A DNA stretch of 64,000 nt. It comes from Euglena gracilis. Lineage: Eukaryota. The stretch is taken from positions 45,797,847 to 45,861,846 of the forward strand of contig CP154954.1 of assembly GCA_039621445.1 (NCBI GenBank), given 5' to 3'. How positions within the stretch are numbered: position 1 is the first letter of the stretch; every line of letters begins with the position of its first letter. The notes beneath the pieces are model-generated. The model was given only the letters and a program-made list of their open reading frames with translations. It did no database searches and was not told where the DNA came from. Of this stretch, positions 46,561 through 59,091 are shown piece by piece. Position numbers and translations under genes: made by a program.

Positions 46561-49500
46561 AATCATCTCAGGATTATAACCCCCCTCCAATAAGTTCGCA
46601 GTGCCCTAATTGTGTGCAGTGTGTGAGTCAGGGGTGCCGTCCCCGAGGAACTGAAAACCCAGGGACAGGCACCACGGTTACAACAAGTGCCCTAATAAGA
46701 GCACACACCCCAGGGGTCTGAAACTGCCACCCTAAAAAGTCCGCACCCCCCCCCCAAAGGATAAATCACTGTCACGTCTCAGGTCGGAAAGCACACAATT
46801 CTCAGAACTGTCCTTCTCAAACCAACCATTTCTATCGTCCAAGCCCAAATTTGACGCGTAATCACTTGACTCATAGCTTGAAATCACAAAATAGGGGGAA
46901 AATTGAAAAAAAGTGGTGGTAAGGTGACCATTTTTGCCTTTGTCGTGAAAAGTGCGCACCGCCGTAGTAAGTGCACACCCCTTGGGGTCAGAAACTACGT
47001 CCTTAAAATGCGCGCACCCGTGCACTTATTAGGTGGGGGGTACTGAAAATTGCACATTACCATCCCATGAGACTTCGTTCACCTTGTGGAGGGAACCTGG
47101 TGCAAGTGGAAGAGCAACAAAGAGTGAACCAAAAGACCTTTTGGCACAACCCGTGAACGCTAAGAAAGCACAAAAACTGCCGCAGCTCGTGGATTTCTTG
47201 GACACCATATGGGAACATCTGACGCCACCGAAACGATGACTTAAAAGACACTATTGGAGAGTGTGGTTGCAGGTGGTAATCCAACTTTTGAATCGTGGCC
47301 TAGGAGGAACCCTTCGAACCCAAGTTCTCAAGGGGCAAGTTGAAAGTACAGCGGACGGAAGTTGTCGTGGTTATAGGAAGGTAAGGAACTGTAAAACAGG
47401 GGATGAATTGTACAAATATATTTGGATACTGAAAGGCTGTTCTGGTCTTAGATTCTTGTGAACAGAATGTAATCAGAGTTTGGGAAGCGTCATGTTCAAA
47501 TTACTAAACTCCCTCAAGCTTTCATGCTTTCCCATCCTTGTGGTAAGTATTTAAGAGCTAAACTCCTTGATCTTAGATTGTGCTGAGTAGAGAAAAAAGA
47601 GGTGTGAGAGAGGTTGTGTTTGACGCATCGTCCTTCTGTGCCCGGGCTAGTCCAGGTGTGGCACCTCCCGAAGGAATCACTAATTAGCACATGACGAAAA
47701 TGACGTATTACAGGACCGGAATCTCTGACCAAGAATGGTGGGTCGTAAGGAACATCTCGCAAACGCTTGTTCCCGCCCATGAGTGTTTCATTTCGGCTTT
47801 TCGGCTTTTTGACACATTTTTTGCGGCTTTCGGCCTTTTAGCCGTTGTCCTTCGTCTTTTCGGCGCTTATGCCGTTCACTTTTGGCTTTTTGGCTTTTTT
47901 GCCACTCGTTTTTGGCAATTCGACTTTTTAGCCGTATTCTTCTCTTCTTCTTCCGTGCGTGCTGTTTTTCCTTGTCTTGCTTTTTTTTGAAGGAATTCCT
48001 TCTTTCGGACGTGAAACTTTCTGCACAAGACATTCAGTTTTCATTTCCATTCAGTTCACCATGGCACAAAGCAGGAAGTTTTTTTCCCTTGATTTATGTT
48101 CCCCGTTGGTCTTGAAATGACGCCTGAAGGTGAAGGAGCTGAAGGTTATAGAAGTGGTGGCATGGTGGCCGTAAGTCCAAGGACTTTGTGAGAGGAATTT
48201 TGGCTTTGTCTTCCCACTTCTCAAAACCGCAACCTTGCCATCCAAGACTTGCAAAAACAACCATTGGATGCATTTTTCGCAAGATGAGTAGCTCACCCAG
48301 TGATGGTATGACGATAGACATGTAGGTCCCGTGCATGTCCCGCCCTTGCGCCTCTGGCGCAAGGGCGGGACGGCACGGGGTGCCTGCTTTTCCCTTCCTC
48401 CTTCGCACTCAAGCTGCTTTTCCTTCGCTTTCTTGAACCATGGTTTTTTTTTTATATTGAGGCCCGTCAGGTGTAAAGAGGTTCATGCAAAGTAACTTGA
48501 AGCCTAAATGGTGATTGTCAGTGATGGCTTGGGTTTGTGAATGTCGGCGGGCTCGAGATATTCATTCAAGTCCCTTACTCAACAAATAAGTTGCATAAAC
48601 ATTGATACATTCAAGTAAAAAGTTTCCACTTCAATTTGTACCTCCTCAGAGGAGTGAATTTTATATAGCAGAATTTGGTAGCCCTGAATTCACATTTGAG
48701 TAGTTTACGTTATGGGCAAAACTTTGGGTGTGTATCTTGAAATGTTCTATTTCAGAACGAGAACGTCCCTTTCCCGAAGGCTCAAATCAGTTACGAAATG
48801 ATGATCATATCCCCGTCGTACATTCCTAAACTTAGTAGCTTGGCTTACAAAAGGTCTCGGAGGTTTACAAACACCGTGAAAGAACACAAAAGGACCAATA
48901 GCAGGATCATACCTTCAACTTTAAATTGATCACGACAAGCTTTGTTCAAAGTGCAAATGATGATTTCCTCAAATTCAATGATTTCACCGAGTCAATTTGA
49001 TATTGTCTTTAAAAAAAAAGGGGTAGTTGCTTCCGGTCTTCAAATGAGTTGGACAAAAATCAAAATACCACCCAAATGCTTGTGAATGCAAGTGTAGGAT
49101 AATATGTCTATTGTGTAATTGCGGCGGTGATTTCAAAACGATGAAACTTTTCCTTTGAATGTTTCCCTGTGTATGTGATTCTCTTTTACTCCAACGCCTT
49201 TTCATTGAAAGTTGTGCAAAACAATGCATATCTTGTGACGGGATTGGATGCATGATACCTCCCGCACGGAACTTGAAAAAGCAATCACACAACCAAGAAG
49301 AAATCACCAAATAAATTAAAATGAGATGGCTTTGGGATGAAAGGAAAGGGGAAAATGTAAGTCATTTGTGGATGTCAGAATTAATTTGAAACATAGGAGA
49401 CATTTGGTTTATTTTTTTTGGTTATGTTTCAAAATTTTAGGGTATGATGCACAAATCAAATTCCTGGTGAACGTTCTTCTGTTTGGAAAAGTATTGCGAA

Positions 49501-50044
49501 TTTTATTTTTAAAGAGATGATACTTACGCGTAGCTCTGCTTCTGTTTGATGGGTTTGTCCAAAAATGGTGATCGAAATATTTCTCTTTGTTTGATGAAAA
49601 ATTACCTGACTCGGAAAAAGTATTCTTTCATTTGATTCTCCCTCCAAAAGTTAGCGTTTGCAATTCTCCTCATTTTTTTGAACCAATTCGGAAAAAAGTG
49701 GTCCAAAACAGGGTTTTATGTGACACAAATGGTGGAATTTTCTCCTTCCTTCCTCTCTAAACCCCAATTCATCCCATTTCGCAAAATCATTCCGCGCACG
49801 CGCAGTTCTGTAATGGCCGTTTCCCAAACAGCGGCCTTTAAGGGCCGTATTTTCCCTATAGTTGAAAATGCTTCTGGCGGACGTGGCAAAACCTACAATC
49901 ACTTCAGAACGACTTCTTGCAACAACTTCAAGTCCCCCAGGCACCAGCCGGAATCTATAGGCACAGCTTGTGCGTCTCGTGTGTGTGTGTGTGTGTGTGT
50001 ATGTGTGTGTGCGGGTGCGCGCGTGTGTGTGTGCCTGTGTGCGT

Positions 50045-50092
<48 letters not shown>

Positions 50093-51494
50093 CGTGCGTG
50101 TGCCTGCCTGCCTTTGTGCGTGCGCGCGTGCATGCGAGCTTGTGTGTGCTTGTGTTCCTGTGTGTCCGTGTGTTTGGAAAACACCTTGTGCAAGTCGAGG
50201 AGCACTAAGGGGAGGCTTGCAGGCTTGAGATCCTGAGGATAAGGCGTGGAACTTGGCAAAGTTGGTGGATCCTGAAGTAGATGCACGGAGAAGACCAAAG
50301 GAAGACAAGCAAAAACAAGTTATTTGTGGCATAGGAAATCACGCCAAACAATTCCTCTTTTAAATACGGCCATTTTAGAAACTTTCGCAACGTGGAACGT
50401 GGTCTTGACACCCTGCACAATGAAGATAGGACGAGAGGCCCCGCCCCTGCACCACAAAAGGTAGGCCGTGAAAGGGTGATTGGTGAGAGGGCAGAACGGG
50501 GCACCATCCTGTCTCGGCAAAAGCTCCTTTTTGAATTAAGTTTTCTTTTTGTATTTCTTCTGTATTAAGTTTTCTTTTTTTATTTCTTCTGAATATGTTT
50601 GCCGTTATTTGCATCAGGCCTGCCGTTCCGAAAGTTAACGTCAAGAGGTGGGTGTAAATGAAAACTTCAAAGAAGAAAGTGACGATCTGGGTGAGTGATG
50701 CTTCAGTTTAATGTGACCTTGAACCAAGCACCCTTCTGGATTCTCAAAATGTTCGTAGTCTTGTCCTCCGTTCCTACTCTAGTTTGGACAAAGCGAAGCT
50801 GAATTAGGATCCGCTGCACAGATCCCGGACGGCCGGAAACCCCGGAATAAGAATATGTGGCCGCCGGGCAGTTTTTTTGCCGCCGCCTGTGGTCTTCCGA
50901 ACTAGAATCCTTTCGAAACAGTGGTAACATTACCGTTAAACATGGGGAACACGTGAAAGGTGACACAAGATTTGCATCGACTCCTTTTTCTTTCAATACC
51001 CCATTTTGCTGTTTCACTTTGCAACGTTGATAAGAATGCTGTGGGCGCTGCACCCAACGATCCAAGAGTTCTTTGGTAGGCTTAAGTTGATGAGCACCAG
51101 ATGTCACCTAACCTAACCTTGTGTGGTGATATTTTTGGGGAACTTCCCTCTGGGCCACTTGGGACAAAAAAAACCCTCACCCCTCAAAGTGCCCCCAGAG
51201 TGGCCAATTTTTTGGCAAATTTGTCCCCCCCCCTCAAAGTGGCCAATTTCTCTTGGCGCCGAAGGCGCCAAAGCCCAAAAATTGACCCCCCCCCCCCAAC
51301 GTGTCCCCTCCCTACAATGGCCGTTTTGGCAAATTTGTTCCCCCCCTCCTCAAAGTGGCCATTTTTTTTCTGGGCGCCGAAGGTGCCAAAGCCCAAAAAT
51401 TGACCCCCCCCAAAGTGTCCCCTCCCTCAAAATGGCCGCTTTGGCAAATTTGTTCCCCCCCCCCTTGGCGCCGAAGCCCAAAAATTGACCCAAA
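46561..51494. repeat. Segmental duplication, copy 2 (contains the empty insertion site at 46745-46749)
   Basis: 46561-46749 equals 1-189; 46745-51494 equals 30238-34993. The left boundary cannot be fixed because copy 1 runs off the window. Confidence 0.95.
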
Positions 51495-51720
51495 GTGTCC
51501 CCTCCCTACAATGGCCGTTTTGGCAAATTTGTTCCCCCCCCTCAAAGTGGCCATTTTTTCTGGGCGCCGAAGGCGCCAAAGCACAAAGTTTGACCCCCCC
51601 CCAAAGTGTCCCCTCCCTCACAATGGCCGTTTTGGCAAATTTGTCCCCCCCCCCTCAAAGTGGCTATTTTCTCTTGGCGCCGAAGGCGCCAAAGCCCAAA
51701 AATTGACCCCCCCCCAAAGT
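51182..51720. repeat. ~115-120-bp tandem repeat array (GGCGCCGAAGGCGCC core)
   Basis: About 4-5 units, one truncated. Confidence 0.85.
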
Positions 51721-51789
51721 GCTCCTTATTTCTGCATCGGGATGCTTCGGGTCCAAATATTGTGAACACAATTTTCTTGGTCGGAGTCC

Positions 51790-51912
51790 GTGTTTAGAAA
51801 CACAGACTTAGGTCAAAGTCTGTGTTTCTAAACACAGACTTCGGCACGCCAAAGTCTGTGTTTAGAAACACAGACTTTGACCAAAGCCATGTTGCTATAA
51901 ACACAGCCTTAA
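51790..51912. repeat. Multi-hairpin element (AAACACAGACTT...AAGTCTGTGTTT) related to 37616-37751
   Basis: Alternating inverted motifs; 51865-51912 is the near reverse complement of about 37703-37751. Confidence 0.8.
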
Positions 51913-54900
51913 GCCCTAGACTCGGAATCAGGCTTGAGAGAGACTCAGACCCAGGACCCAGACTGTATATGCCGAGTTCAGGCCTTGACCCCGACTCAGG
52001 CATGAGTCCGGGGTCATGGGAATTTCTTCCGAGCAAGCAAGGACCAAGTTTGTGTACTGCCACAATTTGTGTCCTGAAAGAGGAGACGTTTGTGGAGGAG
52101 AAAAAAAACAAACAGGGCATAAAACTCGGGGGGGTCCCAAAGGACGGTCCACTAGCCAATTAGGGGGGGGTCAACTATTGGCAAGGGTCCCCCACCCTGA
52201 TTGGCTAATTGGGGGTCTGAAGGAGCCCAGTCATTAGCCAAATAGGGGGGGGGGGGTGAGGGCATTGGGCTGACCCCGGGGTCCACCCCCCAGGCCAGTT
52301 CACCCCCGGGGGTGAGAGTACGATCCTAGTGACCCCAGCAACCCTAGGGTCGCTCTAGGGTCATGGGTGGCCTTGGCCAGAGTCGTGGACCGACCCTGGG
52401 GTCGACCCTAAGGTGGGCCCCCCTTGTCAAAAATGTGTTTTATTTTGACCTGAAACGTTGCTACAGTTTGCGGGCCTCGCTGCCGACATGCCTTGCCTTT
52501 CTTGTTCGTAATTGTCGGTTGTTCCATCACAGTTCAGAAGACACTTGAGTGGGGAATTTTTTGGACAAAATGAAGATCCCTCCCGTCCAAGTTTTGTTGT
52601 CCCCCGCGGACACCTTCCAGAGAACCCCCCCTGGACACAATTATTGATCCCTAATGGACAAGAAATTTTAGACCCTCTCGAACTCCGAGGGCCTAAGATA
52701 AGTCTTGTTCCAGATGGCATATGACCCTTATGCCAAGTGCCTGTAGTCTCCTTTGTCAAAGACTCAGTTTGAAGGTTTTTGGAGTGCCACTCCCCAGACG
52801 TGCAGAGTATTTGTGCGGTCAGTGTTCTTTGTGTAGATCTACAAAGTGTTTGTATTAAGAGTGAGCATTTTGTTTTACACCTCGCCCCATTGGATTTGGG
52901 TTGTGTTTGGAGCTTCTGAATCCACCCCCTGGAGGTTGGACCTCCTTGGGGGGTGTCTCCCCCGCGTCCCCCCCGCGTCCCCCCCCCCCCGCGTCCCCCC
53001 CGCGTCCCACTTTGGAACCAAAATTTTGTTTTCGAGACTGCCAAATTTAGGAGGCTGATTCCTAATTTCAGGTACATTTGAGGTTGGTGATTCCTAATTT
53101 GGTGTGGGTGATCCTTAACTTGCGGTGGGTGATTCCTAATTGGGGTGGGTTTGTCCTAATTTGTTGTGGTATCATCCTAATTTGGCTAAAATTTTCTCAT
53201 AGCAAATTCCTAATTTCACCATCCCAAAATGGCGTCTCCCCCGCGTCCCCCCCGCGTCCCAGACACCCCCTCGGCATGGCCGGAATTTTTTTGGCTGTTT
53301 TTTTTCCACGTTTGTGGTCAACATTTCAGAGTGGCTGATCCCCCCCGGGGGGGCGGGGGTGACTGACTTGTTTTCCTGAAGAAATGTAAGTGATTGGTTT
53401 TTGGAAGAATGGAAGTGACCCCTTGACCTTGAATACAGGTCCCACCCAAGGGGCTTAGCAGACCCATGGTGGGATCAAAACAAAAGAAAGAAGAAAAAGA
53501 AGAACCAGGGTGACAAAGGACAAGCAAGGTGGTGACCTTGTGACACCTGAAAACCGACCGAGGGCAGATTTCTCTTTGTCATTTTACAATAGGAAAGGAT
53601 TCTGGTTCATGTTTGGAAACCGAATTGTGACCTCGTTTCCACATTGTGAACCCTGAAACCAGGAGTTTCTCAAATCGCAAAATGTTTCAAAAATTTGAGA
53701 ATAATCCAGTTGCAAGTCCGTCCATATCAAGGGGATTTCATTCAACCGTCTGTCCACATCAAAGGGATTTCAGCCAGCGATCCATCCATTTGTCTTTAAA
53801 AAAAATAAACTTGTGTCAAGAATGAACCCTTGTGGCAGAGCAGCATATTAATTTTTTTGGAAAAAATCTTAAGTGGTCAATTGGCTTTGGAGAAAGAGCA
53901 AAAAAGCACCACTGTCAATTGGTATCTTCAAGCATCCCTCCATGTCTTCATTGTCTGTCGTTATTTTTTTGTTTGTCCAGTTTTTATGCATCAATGTATT
54001 TGCTGAATTCCAGTGGAGGAGTTTTACTGAAACCTGATGGACTACAAGATTTATTCCCAGGTTCTGCCTCCTGTAATCAACACCACCAGCAAACGCGGTG
54101 CCTCAAGTGGTGACACTCGGGTGACACAAATGGTGACTCTCAAGTGGCAAACCTTCACAACATTTTTTTTGACCACAACATTGCAAGATCAGAAACCGTA
54201 AACGTAAATCTGAAATTGCAATCAATCATGGACATTTTTATCTACAAACATCAACCAAGCAGACACCCAATTTGTTTGCATTTAACCGCAAAAATGTTTG
54301 GATTTCACCCCAATTTGTTTGCATTTATTACAAAAATATATCAACACCGTCCCAGAACTGTTTCTGCTTTTTCAGAAAAATTTTGCTTTTGGATCTGGTT
54401 TTTTGCACAGTCGCCCTTGGAAACTCCAAAGGATTTTCCCCCAATGGTGAAAAAGTGCAAATACTTTTAAATATTTTTGGACGCAATGAATTTTTTTTGC
54501 CAGCTGTGGACAAATACATTTGAAGGCCATGGACCCGGCACTCCGCCAGGTTATTTGGGGGGGTTACATCGGATGGGGGATGTCCAGGAACCTCCCTGTC
54601 TGGTTCCACAGCTGGTGTTTTTTTGTTTTTTTAAAAAAATTCACAAACCCCCCCAAAACCCTTTTTTTGTTTTTTTTTCATTGAAATTTTATTGAATTTT
54701 TTTTGAAGTTGACCACAGAGCCCCAAATGTTTTTGAAAAGCAGTGCGTCCCGTCACATTCGCTGTTGCCTCTAGCTTTGCATGATGTGTAGTGATCACAA
54801 GCTTTTTTTTCAGTTTAATGTGAGCACAGAATGTTGCTTTAGGAAGACTTTGGGAAGAGGTTGCTTGTACCCTAGAGTTGCAGTCAGAGAAAAATTTTGG

Positions 54901-56156
54901 AAGCTCTCTAAAGCCCGGCCATCTGTGTGAATGCATGACATTCCGATGCGAGTGAGGAACAGCTTTGGAGCAGTCGTTGGATGATTCCTTCGCCTCCCAC
55001 ATTTGTGAAACTTTGAGAGCTAGCTTTGTACTGACTTGCGAAGTCATCTTGTACGATCAATATGCAGACTCTTGAGTGCATTCCCACCAATGCCATTTGA
55101 ATCTTAGCATATGCTGTGAATTGGTAAGTTCCTTGGTTCAGATTGTTTTCAGACAGGTTTCCCTACAAAATTGTCCATTAGGGCCTTAATTTCATGGGTC
55201 AGAGGGTCAACTATTCATGTCCCCAGGGGCCCTATAGAAATGTCCTCCATTCTCACATTTTTTTTTGCATAGCAGGGGCCAACAAAATGTCCGGCTGGGC
55301 CCAACAATTGTGTCTGCCAGCTGTAGTGACACACCCCCTCTGATCAAAATCTTTTTCAGCCGCCGATGACCCGCCCAAGGGATTTTCCTTTGAAAATTGG
55401 ACCCCCCCCCCCTGTAAATGACACACTCGGGGTTTTTCAGGTGCTGGGGTGTCCGAGACCCCCTCCCACCCCCGGGACCCCTTGGTTGACCAACGAAGTC
55501 AACCGAAATGGAGGGGATGGGGGATCCACAACAAAGTCAACTGACCACCTATTTCCTTTTCCTTTGGTTCCATGATTCCTAACCCGGTAGTCCAAAATGC
55601 AGTTCTCCCCTCCCCCCCTGCATGACCGCCCATGACCCGACCCACCCCCATGAACCACCCCCATGTTAAGCAATGGTGTAGTTCGGGGGAAAAACCCACA
55701 AAAACGACGTCCGATGTCATTGGAGAATCACTCCAAGCCGATGTCTGCATTGTACACATGGCTCAGTGGTAGAGCTGATGGTTTTTTCATATACTTCTGT
55801 ATAAGGCCGCATTATGAAACCACTCTTTTTTTGAACGTTGTCGGTCCAGTGTGAAGGAAGTCTTTTTTAAAAGAAAATTCAAGATTGAGCCTGACAAATT
55901 CCACAAGGCACCGAACTTGCAACCATCAATTCATCATATATGCTAATTCCCATGATCCAAATAGCGCAAAATAGCGCCCTGATATTTGTGAACAGGTAGA
56001 TAAAACTGCCCACAAATATTTGGGTGGCACATCTTGTGCTCAGGCATTTTTTGGTTGGTGTGCGCATTTTTCACAGTTTGACAAAAATTTTGATTTGGGT
56101 ACCGCCTTTTCAAGGGGTGAGAGCGAGAAGGCAGGATTGGATAAAATGCAAACGAA

Positions 56157-56157
56157 T

Positions 56158-56190
<33 letters not shown>

Positions 56191-56230
56191 GTATACATAT
56201 ATGTATAATATAATATAAATGTATATATAA
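56157..56230. repeat. (AT)n/(ATGT)n microsatellite
   Basis: Direct reading. Confidence 0.9.
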
Positions 56231-59037
56231 ACATGTATTTGTTTTTGGCCTCGGTTTTCCTGGGAATTCTGTGTTTTTTTTTTTTGCTGTTTTGCGGTTG
56301 GAATGACATGAAAACCCCTGGTCTCATCTCCCCAAAGTGAAAAATCACTGACAAAAACACCAAAATCCAGGTAACCGCTACTCCCCCTCAACTGCCCAGC
56401 ATCCTAGACACATCCCAGCCAAAAGAGCATACAAAAATGACATTTTCTGAACCCACTCTCGTGTCTTTTGAAAGAAGGTCAAATTGCAATTAGGGCAGGA
56501 TCGGCAACACCAAGGTTTCAAGGGAAAGCCATTTTGGAAGTTGTAATTTTGGAAAGGTTGGCTTTTGTTTATTGTTTTATCACCGCCCCCCTGATTGAAA
56601 TTTTGTGGTTCAAACCAAGGGGGAGGGCAGCGGAGGGGGAGGAGAAACACGTTTCGCATTTTTTTTATATATTTTTTTGTGCATTTTTCCCCTCAAATTT
56701 TCCAAAAATCCACAGTTTTTGCATGTTTTTTTACTTTATTTTTTTCAGCACTTTTTTTTTCGTTTTTTGTTGCATTGTACATGATTTACCCAATTTTTTT
56801 CGCTTTTTTTTTTACCATTTTTGCAGTTTGTTGCATTTTTTTTGAAATTTTTTATTTTTTTTGAAACTGACATTTTACGGATAAACCCATCATCCAATTG
56901 TTGTGAATTTGGTGCCACTTTTGCATTTTTTTTCCAGCAGTTTTTGCATTTGCATGATTTTTCCGCTTTTTCTCTCTCGGATTTTGAACATTTTTGCACA
57001 TTTTAAAAAAAATGCGCCATTTTTGTGCTTTTTTTTGCATTTCTTTGCACTTTGTTTTTTTGATGCCCTCCCCATGGGGAGGGCATGTGGGCAAAACAAT
57101 ACAGTCACAAACAAACAACCATCCCTTATTGGGGCTTTCGTCATGCAGAGTCCACGGGTCGTTGACATCGTTGAAGCAAAGGTGCAAGCATGCCTCAAGG
57201 AGCGACGGGAGCAAGGTCCACCGAGACTGGCACCACACGAGCTCCGCCATGCAGAGCACAATGGCGTCATCCCACGAGTCCTCCCACTTCTCTGCCACGA
57301 ACTCATGACGTGCTCCGATTTCTTTCTCAGGTCTCCTGTCATGCCCCCCCCCCAAGCCGTTTAAGCATATGGTGTCATTGACGTCATCCACTTTCAAAAA
57401 CAATTGCCCTGAGCTTTCAACCTGAAATCCTTGGAGGGAAAGGTGGCATTGGTTTTTCAAGGTGACCATTTTGGCAACAGTGCCAGCAATCTTAGCCGTT
57501 TTCGGACCATCTCACCAATGCCTGTTGTGTCACTTGGGGGGCCTCAGGGGAGGTTGGCACTTTGCTGTGGCCTTTAACTTACCGGTCAGGTTTTTGACGG
57601 AGAGGTGTTTATGCGAGATTTCATTCATTCCCCTGCAGGCTCAATCTCCATGTTTTTATGGAGCAATTTGAGGACCTGCAATATGCCTCCATCACCCTCC
57701 ACGACGCCAAGGAACTGCTCATTGTCTTTCTCTTCCTCATCAATGGTCCGCAGCAGCAGTGGCTTGAAATAATAGCGCAACTGTTTGATCTTTGAAATCA
57801 ATAATTTGAATACAAGCATTCAAAATTTGGACTCCCTTTGATTAAAAAGGTCCTACAAATTTCTCATATGGTCCCAATATTTGGGATCGGGAGCTGAGTC
57901 ACATTCGAGGAGGTTTCCATTATTTTTTGGAGAAATTTGAAATTACACCCGGTGCCCGTCTTTTCTGCATTTTACACCAAGTTCTGGGCATTTTGTGTCA
58001 AGAATGTTTGCACCTGACACCAATTTGTTTGCAATTTATCTCAAAAATGTCTGCACATTATACCAAACGTATTTGCACCTTTTCCGGAAAATTTGGATTG
58101 GGTGCGTTGCACAGTTGTTCTTTTCTATTCAATCACGCCACAGCCCCAGAAATCAAGAGAGAGGCATCTGCACAAGATTGACCAAGGAGAAGTGGAATGG
58201 CTTTCTGCACCATCTGGGGAATATTCACTGGGGAAGAAATGGATTGACAGTCATTGGTGAACGTGAGGCTTTTTGTCATTGAGCAATGATGAGAAATTAA
58301 AAATACAAACAGACAGAGTGCAATTTTTTTTCAACAAGTGCAGATATTTTTGGAGCACAGTGAAAAAATTTTGCCAGCTGTGGGCAGTGTATTTGAACCA
58401 GCAATCAATCAAAACATGCAAGGTCAAAAACACAAAAATATGTTTGTGTTTCCTTCCCTTGTGTGGATGGTGCAAAAAGAATTATGAACTGCTGAATCTT
58501 TTTGACCAATTCATTTACACCTTGCTAGCAAATTTTTTTTGACCAAATGTGTCAGAGTTTTCGTCCACAGCCTTCAGACCATTGTATTTTTTTGGGTGAA
58601 CAACATTTAAGATGACCCAGAATTAGGCCAAAATGGTTGAAATTGGCCAAAAAAAAACAACCAAAAATTGGCAAAACGAACAAAAACTGGCCAAAAATAT
58701 TTAAGAGTACTTGAAAATGGGCTAAAAATGCAGCCAACAATGAACGTGACCTTGATGGTAGGAATTGAGGAATTAACTTCAATAGTGCAAGAATGTGGAT
58801 GACCTCATTTTCTTGTGAGACACACATACACGCGGCTTGCTGATGGCTGGCTGACGGCATGCTCCCCCTAAAAGGAAATTGAAAGCCCTCAAGGGGGGGG
58901 GGCAGAGCCAAAACCTCCGAAAGTCACTTCGAAACAACGCTTCATTCCCCCCCTGGCGGGGGGGGGGGGGAATTTATGTGTGTGCATCCGTGACTTTCGT
59001 TCACTGGTTTCAAGCAAATGGTGACTTGGTTACCCCC

Positions 59038-59046
59038 AATTAATAC

Positions 59047-59080
<34 letters not shown>

Positions 59081-59091
59081 ATAATAATAAT
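59038..59091. repeat. (TAA)n microsatellite
   Basis: Direct reading. Confidence 0.9.

Noticed and set aside
57050-57830. Possible decayed coding region on the minus strand
   Set aside because: Protein-like composition but no recognisable motif, and the frames are broken
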